A DNA stretch of 58,933 nucleotides from Caldisericia bacterium (GTDB lineage: Bacteria > Caldisericota > Caldisericia > UBA6126). The notes under the pieces were generated by a model. That model ran no database searches, was not told the origin of the DNA, and was given only the letters and a program-made list of their open reading frames with translations. Of this stretch, positions 41,918 to 49,516 are shown one piece after another. The stretch is taken from positions 1 through 58,933 of the forward strand of contig DAOSES010000015.1 of NCBI GenBank assembly GCA_035363255.1, written 5' to 3'. The position numbers and the translations under genes were made by a program. The number at the start of each line of letters is the position of its first letter. Within the stretch, counting starts at the first letter, position 1.

Positions 41918-42497
41918 TTTGGAAATGTTGGAGCTATTTCAATCGATAGGAGTTATTAAAAAAGGTCATTTTCGTTTATCTTCAGGAAAACACTCGGATA
42001 CCTATCTTCAATGCGCCATATTACAGCAATATCCTGAGCATCATGCCAAAGCTCTGGTCTCTATCACAGATAAAATTCTTAGCTATCAACCTAATGTGAT
42101 TGTAGGAGCAGCTGTTGGTGGTATTATCTCAGCTTATGAGTTGGCAAGACTTAGTCATGCAAGATGTATTTTTGCTGAAAGAGTCGATGGGATTCTTAAG
42201 TTTCGCCGTGGATATGAATTGTATCCCGAGGATCGAATAGTTTTGATTGAAGATGTGGTTACTACAGCCAAAACCACTCTTGAACTTATCGAGCTTGTTA
42301 AGAGCCATGGTCTCGAGCCTCTTGCAATCACTGCATTAGTTGATCGTCAAAAGAATGATTCTACTCCTATCCCTTATCCTTTCTTTTCTCTGCTTAAAGT
42401 TGAGGCTGTTCTTTTTGATGAAACAGAGTGTCCTTTATGCAATGAAAACATACCTTTGACCGATCCAGGATCACGAAGACTACATTCCAAATCATGA
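41910..42497 (+). CDS. pyrE: Orotate phosphoribosyltransferase
   Basis: PRPP motif VLIEDVVTTAKT. Start chosen at the ATG overlapping the pyrF end. Confidence 0.85.
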   Translation: MTDLEMLELFQSIGVIKKGHFRLSSGKHSDTYLQCAILQQYPEHHAKALVSITDKILSYQPNVIVGAAVGGIISAYELARLSHARCIFAERVDGILKFRRGYELYPEDRIVLIEDVVTTAKTTLELIELVKSHGLEPLAITALVDRQKNDSTPIPYPFFSLLKVEAVLFDETECPLCNENIPLTDPGSRRLHSKS

Positions 42498-43171
42498 AAG
42501 TTGAGCTAATTGCCAACACTCCTGATCCCCTATCACTCTTTGCGCAATCTGCCCGAATTACCCGATCCAAAGATGAACAGTGGAAGTCCAATGAGTATTA
42601 TTTTAAAATCTTGTATCTCTCTGGTCATCACAGTGTCTTTGAGCATGCTTCCTTTTCGTTTCTGATACAGGACATATCTCGAGCTTGCTCTCATCAACTA
42701 GTTCGATTTCGTGTCGGGGTAAGCTTTACCCAGCGCAGTCAACGCTATACAGAAGAATCATCTTTTCCTTATACTTGTCCTCCGAGTATTCAAAATTCAA
42801 CTGAAGCTCATCTCCTTTTCGAAGATTTCATGGAGAAAGCAAGAAAAACTTATGAGCAACTCGTGGATCTTGGAATACCCAAAGAGGATTCCCGTTTTGT
42901 TCTTCCCAATGCCACCCATACTTCCATCATTATGACCATGAATTATAGGGAGTTGATCCATTCATGCGGTTTGAGACTCTGCGATAAATCACAGTGGGAG
43001 ATTCGGGCCCTTTTCTGGCGAATCAGATCTTTAGTACAAAAAAAAGAGCCCATTCTTGCCCAATGTCTTTACCCAAGGTGCTTTCACGATAGATTATGCA
43101 AAGAATCAAAACCTTGTCGTTTAAAAGACTATTACATTAACAAATCTCTCCATTGGGGCAAGGAATTTTAA
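42494..43171 (+). CDS. thyX: Flavin-dependent thymidylate synthase ThyX
   Basis: The ThyX signature is present with a substitution: R(F)RVGVSFTQRSQRY versus the canonical RHRx7S. Confidence 0.8.
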   Translation: MKVELIANTPDPLSLFAQSARITRSKDEQWKSNEYYFKILYLSGHHSVFEHASFSFLIQDISRACSHQLVRFRVGVSFTQRSQRYTEESSFPYTCPPSIQNSTEAHLLFEDFMEKARKTYEQLVDLGIPKEDSRFVLPNATHTSIIMTMNYRELIHSCGLRLCDKSQWEIRALFWRIRSLVQKKEPILAQCLYPRCFHDRLCKESKPCRLKDYYINKSLHWGKEF

Positions 43172-43179
43172 TTAGCGTG

Positions 43180-43207
43180 TTGTTAATAGCACTAAATACG
43201 TTAGAAT
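43180..43207 (+). promoter_or_regulatory. Candidate promoter TTGTTA-16-TAGAAT upstream of the hydrogenase regulatory/structural gene block
   Basis: Hexamers seen by eye. It is followed by a leader of about 60 nt containing a T8 run. Confidence 0.3.
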
Positions 43208-43270
43208 TATAAGAGAGCAGTTTTGCTGTACGTAGTTGCATGTTTTTTTTAAGGGGAAGAAAAAAACTAG

Positions 43271-43636
43271 ATGACAGTTGACGAAATTATTGAAGCTGTA
43301 GGGGCTGAAATCCTTCAAGGTAAAGGAAGAACAGACCTAAACATTAATTACGCTTTTGCAGCAGATTTAATGAGTGATACTCTGTTTATTGTTGCTAGAG
43401 ACGATGAACCCATCTTGCTTATTACTGGTGTCACTAATCCATCGGTCGTTCGTACTGCAACAATTTTAGATATCCCCCTGGTGCTTATTGTTCGTGGTAA
43501 AAAGATCCCCCCTGAAACAATTCAGCTAGCTATTGACAACGAAATTATATTGCTTCTTACTTCAAAGATTATGTTCGATTCTTGTGGTTTACTATACGAA
43601 AGAGGCATGAAAGGTTGTCCATGGAGACTGAAGTGA
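43271..43636 (+). CDS. DRTGG-domain protein
   Basis: The pattern ...LMSDTLFIVARDDEPILLITGVTNPSVVRTA...IVRG resembles the DRTGG domain. Confidence 0.65.
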   Translation: MTVDEIIEAVGAEILQGKGRTDLNINYAFAADLMSDTLFIVARDDEPILLITGVTNPSVVRTATILDIPLVLIVRGKKIPPETIQLAIDNEIILLLTSKIMFDSCGLLYERGMKGCPWRLK

Positions 43637-44070
43637 TCAATAAACTTGATTTTTCTGTTGGAGCCTCAGATTACCCCAGCATTGGCTCAAGGGCTCTTGA
43701 AGTAAAAAAAAAGTTAAAAGATTTTTTTCCCACGGGCGATTATCTCAGACGCTTGGGGGTATGCATTTTTGAAGTTGAAGCTAACTTAGCCATACATACC
43801 AGCCAGGGTGGAACTCTTGAAATTATTGTTTTTAAAGATCGTGTTCGCATTATTGCATCCGATTCAGGTCCTGGTATAAAAGATCTTTCAAAGGCTCTCA
43901 CACCAGGTTTTTCCACTGCACCAGAGTCTGCCAGGCAACTTGGTTTTGGCGGAGGGGTTGGGATCAACAATGTGAAACGATTCGCTGATTACTTCTTCCT
44001 TACAAGCTCTAAGCAAGGTACAATTCTTTTATTTGAGGTGTGGAATGATGACGATAAAGCAGCTAACTGA
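43621..44070 (+). CDS. HATPase_c-family protein (anti-sigma-factor/Ser-Thr kinase-like, RsbW/SpoIIAB-type)
   Basis: N-box EANLAIHTSQGG and G-box DSGPGIKD...GFGGGVGI. Confidence 0.7.
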   Translation: METEVINKLDFSVGASDYPSIGSRALEVKKKLKDFFPTGDYLRRLGVCIFEVEANLAIHTSQGGTLEIIVFKDRVRIIASDSGPGIKDLSKALTPGFSTAPESARQLGFGGGVGINNVKRFADYFFLTSSKQGTILLFEVWNDDDKAAN

Positions 44071-44383
44071 ATCTTTACCCCTTAAAGTTCTCACTCCGAA
44101 TCTCAATCTTGAACAAACATTTGAGATGGTTTATTCTTCAGATTTATTGAGTCAGGTTCTTGCGAAAGCTACCTACCGTGATCTTTGGATCACTGTACAA
44201 ACCCATGCTACCATCCTCGGAATAGCTTCAATCAAACAAATTCCTTGCATCATTTTTTCTGAAGGACTTCTTCCTCAGCCAGAAGTAATCATGAAAGCAC
44301 AGGATGAAAATATAGTTTTGTTGTCAAGCCAACAAACAACTTTTGAATTAGCAGGTAAAATTTTTGTTTTATTAAATATATAG
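44045..44383 (+). CDS. Second DRTGG-like domain protein
   Basis: Similar size and pattern to 43271-43636. It overlaps the HATPase gene end. Confidence 0.55.
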   Translation: MMTIKQLTESLPLKVLTPNLNLEQTFEMVYSSDLLSQVLAKATYRDLWITVQTHATILGIASIKQIPCIIFSEGLLPQPEVIMKAQDENIVLLSSQQTTFELAGKIFVLLNI

Positions 44384-44394
44384 GTGGTGTTGAT

Positions 44395-44859
44395 ATGAGT
44401 GAGATTAATTATTCCCAAATTGACTTTGTGATCAAGCGCGAAGGATCTCAAGAGTCCTCTCTTATTCAGGTGCTAAATGGGACACAGGAAATTTTAGGAT
44501 TTCTCCCCAAAGAGGCTTTAGTTTATATTTCAGAAAAATTAAAAGTTCCCTTATCCCGAACTTATGGGATTGTCACTTTTTATAATTTTTTCAAAACTGA
44601 AAAAGATGCTGATCATGTCATAAGTATTTGCATGGGAACAGCCTGTTATGTCAAGGGTGCAAATGTTATTTTAAAAAAACTGGAAACTGAGTTAAATATT
44701 AAAAGTGGTCAAATCACTCCAGACAAGAAATTTTCAATTCGCGAAGTCCGATGCATTGGAGCATGCGGTATGGGTCCACTTATTTCAGTAGATGGAGTCG
44801 ATCTATATGGTCGAGTTCAAGTGGATATGATTCCCGAAATCCTGAACAAATACAGATGA
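44395..44859 (+). CDS. hydC: NuoE-like [2Fe-2S] hydrogenase subunit (HydC/HndA type)
   Basis: Thioredoxin-like 2Fe-2S motifs CMGTACYVKG and CIGACGMGP. Confidence 0.85.
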   Translation: MSEINYSQIDFVIKREGSQESSLIQVLNGTQEILGFLPKEALVYISEKLKVPLSRTYGIVTFYNFFKTEKDADHVISICMGTACYVKGANVILKKLETELNIKSGQITPDKKFSIREVRCIGACGMGPLISVDGVDLYGRVQVDMIPEILNKYR

Positions 44860-45404
44860 AAGAACTCTCCATGAACATTTTGGATATCTTGCACAATTCG
44901 GTGCATGCAAATCCAAAAAACATCTATCTCACAATCCTTGAAGATAGCTCAAAAGATCTACTTCAATTCACAGTCAAAGATGATGGTAAAGGTATGAGTC
45001 AGGAATATGCCTCCAAAGTTTTTGATCCTTTTACTACAAGCAGTTCTACCAAAAACGTAGGACTCGGATTGCCTTTTCTTAAGATTCAATGCGAAATGTG
45101 TAATGGATCTGCCCATTTGACAAGCAAAGAAGGCCTTGGTACAGAAGTTGAGTTCAGCTTTCAACTTTCTCATGTTGATCGCCCTCCCATGGGAGATTTG
45201 GCAGGTACTTTGACGATCATGTTCACTATGCACCATTACATTTCATTTCATTTCAAATATTGCAAAGACCATCAGTGTTTTGAGCTTAGTACTGATGAAC
45301 TTAAAAGTTTAATGCAAGATGTTCCTTTGCAACATCCAAAAGTTGCAAAAGGCATAGAAGACTATATTAATACAAATTTAACAGAATTACAGGGAGGTTA
45401 TTAA
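44856..45404 (+). CDS. HATPase_c-domain protein embedded in the hydrogenase operon
   Basis: NILDILHNSVHA...DDGKGM...GLGLPFLK. ATGA start/stop overlap with hydC. Confidence 0.7.
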   Translation: MKELSMNILDILHNSVHANPKNIYLTILEDSSKDLLQFTVKDDGKGMSQEYASKVFDPFTTSSSTKNVGLGLPFLKIQCEMCNGSAHLTSKEGLGTEVEFSFQLSHVDRPPMGDLAGTLTIMFTMHHYISFHFKYCKDHQCFELSTDELKSLMQDVPLQHPKVAKGIEDYINTNLTELQGGY

Positions 45405-45778
45405 TGGCAAAGATTAACTCATTGGAAGAACTCAGAAAACTTCGTGATCAGGCAAAAGAAACCATGACCGCACGAAGCGGAAGTGCAAAAGTTAAAATTT
45501 TTGCAAGCATGGGAACTGTTGGGATAGCAGGGGGAGCTCGTGAAGCTCTGAAAGCCATGATTGATGAGTTGGAAAAAAGAGACTTCCACGATGTTGAAAT
45601 TATTGAAAGCGGTTCCATGGGTTTGGATCGCGAAGAACCAGTCATTTCAGTCGAACGTGATGGATACATGACTACCTACGGTAGAGTTTCTCCCGATATG
45701 GCTCGTCAAATCGTTGCCCAGCACGTTATCAATGGACAAATTGTTAGCGAATGGGTGATTGCGAGGAACAAGAAATAA
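45404..45778 (+). CDS. Small HydD/HndB-like protein: thioredoxin-like ferredoxin fold with no cysteines
   Basis: It aligns to the N-terminal [2Fe-2S] domain of the following NuoF-like protein, with all four Cys positions replaced (ASMGTVGIAGGA, GSMGLDREEP). Confidence 0.6.
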   Translation: MAKINSLEELRKLRDQAKETMTARSGSAKVKIFASMGTVGIAGGAREALKAMIDELEKRDFHDVEIIESGSMGLDREEPVISVERDGYMTTYGRVSPDMARQIVAQHVINGQIVSEWVIARNKK

Positions 45779-47436
45779 TGAAAATATATCGGATTCATGC
45801 TCTAATATGCGCTGGTGGTCAATGCATCACTGCTGGCGGAGATAGTTTTGAGGAAGCATTAAAGCATGCTATTAAAGAAAAAGGGCTGGAAGACGAGATA
45901 CAAGTAGTGGAAACGGGCTGTATGGGAGCTTGTGAAAAGGGTCCCATGATGGTGGTATATCCTGAAGGAGTACTTTACATCCATCTTAAAGCGAGTGATG
46001 CGGAAGAAATTGTAAACGAGCATTTCTTAAAAGGACGTCCAATTCAGCGATTGATGTGGAAAGAAGCAGATGGAAACTTCCCCACTCTCGATCAGGTTCC
46101 ATTTTTTACTCACCAAACCAAAATTGTATTACGTAATTGCGGTCTAATTGATTCTGAAAGCATCGAAGAATATATTGCACAAGATGGTTATAGCGCTCTT
46201 GCAAAAGCTTTGTCCTCTATGACTCCTGCTGAAGTTGTCGATGAAATAAAAAAATCAGGTTTACGTGGTCGTGGAGGAGCTGGTTTTCCAACTGGAATCA
46301 AATGGGAATTAGCCTACAAACAAGATGATCCAGAAAAATATATCGTTACCAACGCTGATGAAGGTGACCCTGGAGCATATATGGATCGTTCATTGCTTGA
46401 AGGAGATCCGCATACTGTAATTGAAGGTATGGCTATTGCCGCTTATGCTATCGGAGCTTCTAAAGGATTTATTTATTGTCGCGCAGAATATCCAATTGCT
46501 ATTAAACGTCTTCAAATTGCCATTAAAAAGGCAAAACAGGCTGGTTTGTTAGGAAAAAATATCCTTGCATCTGATTTTTCCTTTGATCTTGAAATTCGAA
46601 TGGGTGCAGGAGCTTTTGTTTGTGGTGAAGAAACTGCTCTTCTCAATTCAATCGAAGGCAAGCGGGGAGAACCACGGAAAAAACCCCCTTATCCCGCCCA
46701 AAAAGGCTTATTTGGCAAACCTACTGTGATTAATAACGTTGAGACTTTTGCCAATGTCCCATTTATTATTTTGGAAGGGGCTGAGAAATTTCGCAGAATC
46801 GGTACTGAAACCAATCCTGGCACCAAAGTGTTTTCTCTTGCAGGAAAGGTTATCACTACTGGTTTGATAGAAGTACCCCTTGGGATTAGTCTTCGTAAAA
46901 TTATCTATGACATCGGTGGCGGCATCCCTGATGGCAAAAAATTCAAAGGTGCCCTTATGGGTGGACCCTCTGGTGGAGTTATACCTGCATCAAAATTGGA
47001 CACTCCCATCGATTATGAATCTTTAAATGAAATCGGCTCAATGATGGGTTCTGGTGGCTTGATTGTCATGGATGAAGACAGCTGTATGGTGGATATAGCC
47101 AAATTTTTCCTCAAATTTACCGTTGATGAAAGCTGTGGTAAATGCACTCCATGTCGCGAAGGTACACGTCAAATGCTCGAACTACTTGAGCAAATATCCT
47201 CAGGTAACGGAAAGATGTCCGATTTAGACAAACTTGAACGTCTTGCTGAGACCATTCGTATGACCTCGCTTTGTGGATTGGGTCAAAGCGCTCCTAATCC
47301 AGTTTTATCTACTATCCGATGGTTTAGAGATGAATACGAGGATCATATTAGAAATCATAAATGTACAGCCGATGTATGCAAAATGAAACCACACGATTTG
47401 GAGGTAAAGAAACGTGTCAAAAAAATCACTCATTGA
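45778..47436 (+). CDS. hydB: NuoF-like NADH-binding hydrogenase subunit HydB, with an N-terminal thioredoxin-like [2Fe-2S] domain
   Basis: CAGGQC...CMGAC, FMN/NADH motifs GLRGRGGAGFPTGIKW, N3 cluster ESCGKCTPCREG...C. There is no C-terminal 2x[4Fe-4S] domain. Confidence 0.85.
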   Translation: MKIYRIHALICAGGQCITAGGDSFEEALKHAIKEKGLEDEIQVVETGCMGACEKGPMMVVYPEGVLYIHLKASDAEEIVNEHFLKGRPIQRLMWKEADGNFPTLDQVPFFTHQTKIVLRNCGLIDSESIEEYIAQDGYSALAKALSSMTPAEVVDEIKKSGLRGRGGAGFPTGIKWELAYKQDDPEKYIVTNADEGDPGAYMDRSLLEGDPHTVIEGMAIAAYAIGASKGFIYCRAEYPIAIKRLQIAIKKAKQAGLLGKNILASDFSFDLEIRMGAGAFVCGEETALLNSIEGKRGEPRKKPPYPAQKGLFGKPTVINNVETFANVPFIILEGAEKFRRIGTETNPGTKVFSLAGKVITTGLIEVPLGISLRKIIYDIGGGIPDGKKFKGALMGGPSGGVIPASKLDTPIDYESLNEIGSMMGSGGLIVMDEDSCMVDIAKFFLKFTVDESCGKCTPCREGTRQMLELLEQISSGNGKMSDLDKLERLAETIRMTSLCGLGQSAPNPVLSTIRWFRDEYEDHIRNHKCTADVCKMKPHDLEVKKRVKKITH

Positions 47437-47842
47437 AAAGCTGCTTGACCTTCAGGATTCTCAAAAAAATACGAATCATCTCCCAAAAAAACAATTAGTT
47501 GAAATATCGAAAGAATGTCAAACTCCTCTTGCTGAAACTTATGGCGTTGCTACTTTTTATACCATGTTTTCAGTCGAACCCCGAGGAAGACATATCATTC
47601 GTATTTGCGAAAATCAGTCATGTCATATGGCTGAAGCACTTAGTGTAGTTGAATCACTTAAAAATCATCTCAATATTGAATTTGGAGAAACTACTGCCGA
47701 TGGCCTGTTTACCCTCGAGCATAGCAGTTGCCTTGGTATGTGTTCGATAGCTCCATGTATGATGATCGATGATCATCCCTACGGGAACCTTACACCCTCC
47801 AAAATTGTTGACATCATCAACAAAATTAAGGCAGGTGAATAA
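47414..47842 (+). CDS. Second NuoE-like [2Fe-2S] subunit
   Basis: CENQSCHMAE...CLGMCSIAPC. GTG start with GGAGG RBS. Confidence 0.8.
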   Translation: MSKKSLIEKLLDLQDSQKNTNHLPKKQLVEISKECQTPLAETYGVATFYTMFSVEPRGRHIIRICENQSCHMAEALSVVESLKNHLNIEFGETTADGLFTLEHSSCLGMCSIAPCMMIDDHPYGNLTPSKIVDIINKIKAGE

Positions 47843-47845
47843 TTT

Positions 47846-49516
47846 ATGAAGTTTTATAGAACACATGTATTGATTGCCAGTGATGCAAAAAGCCTGGTAC
47901 TTGGAGCAAAAAGCATTCAGGATTTGTTAATTTCTGCCTTAAAAAAATACAAACTGGAAGACGAAGTTAAGGTTATTCCAACGGGTAGCCTTGGTTTTGA
48001 AGAAACTGGTGTAGCCATCATGGTATATCCTGAAGGCATCATTTATGCACCTGTAAATCATCAAAATATTGAAGAAATTGTAGTCGAACACTTCCTCAAA
48101 GGCAGAGTTGTCAATAGTCTGAAAAAGCTACCAAAAATTTCCAACATCTCTGCTGGTTCCCTTGAAAATCAAGCAATTTTAGATGTGCAACAAAGAGTAG
48201 TCTTGGAAAATGTCGGTATTATCGATCCTGAAAACATCATGGAATACATAGCCAGAGAAGGCTATTCTGCAATTGAAAAAGCAATATTTAGCCTAAAACC
48301 AGAAAATGTGATTGAAGAACTTAAAATTTCTGAACTTCGTGGAAGAGGTGGTGCTGGCTTTCCCACAGGCTTAAAATGGGACTTTACGCGTAAAGCTATT
48401 GGAGACAAAAAATACGTTATTTGCAATGCAGATGAAGGCGAGCCTGGTACATTCAAAGATCGTGAAATCATGGAAGGAGACCCCCACAAACTCATTGAAG
48501 GGATGATGCTTGCTGGATACGCCACGGGAGCAGACTACGGATATATCTATATCCGCGGAGAGTATGCTTTATCCATAAAAAGACTTGAAAAAGCTATCGC
48601 AGATGCAAGAGAATACGGGCTTCTCGGTAAAAATATCTTAAATAGCCAGTTTAGCTTTGACTTGGAAGTTTATAAAGGCGCTGGAGCCTATGTTTGCGGG
48701 GAAGAAACCGCACTAATCGAATCAATTGAAGGCAAACGTGGCGAACCACGAAAAAAACCCCCTTACCCCCCTACCTCAGGTTTATGGGGAAAGCCTACAG
48801 TAGTCAACAACGTGGAAACTCTTGCAAATATCCCTTCCATCATAAGGAATGGTGGATTCTGGTACAAAGGGATTGGAGTTGAAGGTTCCCGCGGGACTAA
48901 GCTTTTCAGTCTAATGGGAGATTTAAAATGGAAAGGAGTGGTTGAAATTCCTTTTGGCACCCACCTTTCCAACATTATTAGCAATCTTGGCTTGGGAATA
49001 AGCAACGGCAAATCACTCAAAGGAGTCATCCTTGGAGGATCATCGGGCTTTTTAATCAAACCCGACGAGCTTGAAACTCCAGTAGATTTTCACTCCCTTG
49101 CTCAAATAGAAGCTGGTCCAGGCTCTGGATCTATTGTAGCAATGGATGAACATCGTTGTATCGTGGATATGATAAAAAATATTGCTCAATTTTTTGAGCA
49201 TGAAAGCTGTGGAAAATGCACACCATGTCGAAATGGCACGAATCAGATAGTAGCAATACTTGAACGTATCTCCTCAGGTGATGGCAAACTTGAAGACCTG
49301 CGTAATCTTGAAACACTTGGAAACACGATGGCTCAGGCTTCCTTCTGTCCTCTGGGGCAAACTGCTCCAAACATCATGATTCAAGCTATAAAAAAATACC
49401 GTAGTGAGTTTGAAGCTCATATCATCGATAAAAAATGTCCAGCTAATGTTTGCCGTTTCTATGAAGACACTTTAATAAAACAAAACAACAATCCAAGGGA
49501 GGTTGAAAATGAATGA
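47846..49516 (+). CDS. Second NuoF-like subunit, whose N-terminal thioredoxin-like domain lacks the Cys ligands
   Basis: ELRGRGGAGFPTGLKW and CGKCTPCRNG are conserved. The N-terminus reads LIASDAKSLVLGA / TGSLGFEETG where the paralog has CAGGQC / CMGAC. Confidence 0.8.
   Translation: MKFYRTHVLIASDAKSLVLGAKSIQDLLISALKKYKLEDEVKVIPTGSLGFEETGVAIMVYPEGIIYAPVNHQNIEEIVVEHFLKGRVVNSLKKLPKISNISAGSLENQAILDVQQRVVLENVGIIDPENIMEYIAREGYSAIEKAIFSLKPENVIEELKISELRGRGGAGFPTGLKWDFTRKAIGDKKYVICNADEGEPGTFKDREIMEGDPHKLIEGMMLAGYATGADYGYIYIRGEYALSIKRLEKAIADAREYGLLGKNILNSQFSFDLEVYKGAGAYVCGEETALIESIEGKRGEPRKKPPYPPTSGLWGKPTVVNNVETLANIPSIIRNGGFWYKGIGVEGSRGTKLFSLMGDLKWKGVVEIPFGTHLSNIISNLGLGISNGKSLKGVILGGSSGFLIKPDELETPVDFHSLAQIEAGPGSGSIVAMDEHRCIVDMIKNIAQFFEHESCGKCTPCRNGTNQIVAILERISSGDGKLEDLRNLETLGNTMAQASFCPLGQTAPNIMIQAIKKYRSEFEAHIIDKKCPANVCRFYEDTLIKQNNNPREVENE

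Noticed and set aside
43208-43270. Possible intrinsic terminator after thyX (T8 run at about 43237-43244)
   Set aside because: The sequence before the T-run (gcagttttgctgtacgtagttgcatg) does not form a convincing GC-rich stem. It is more likely a leader of the downstream operon.
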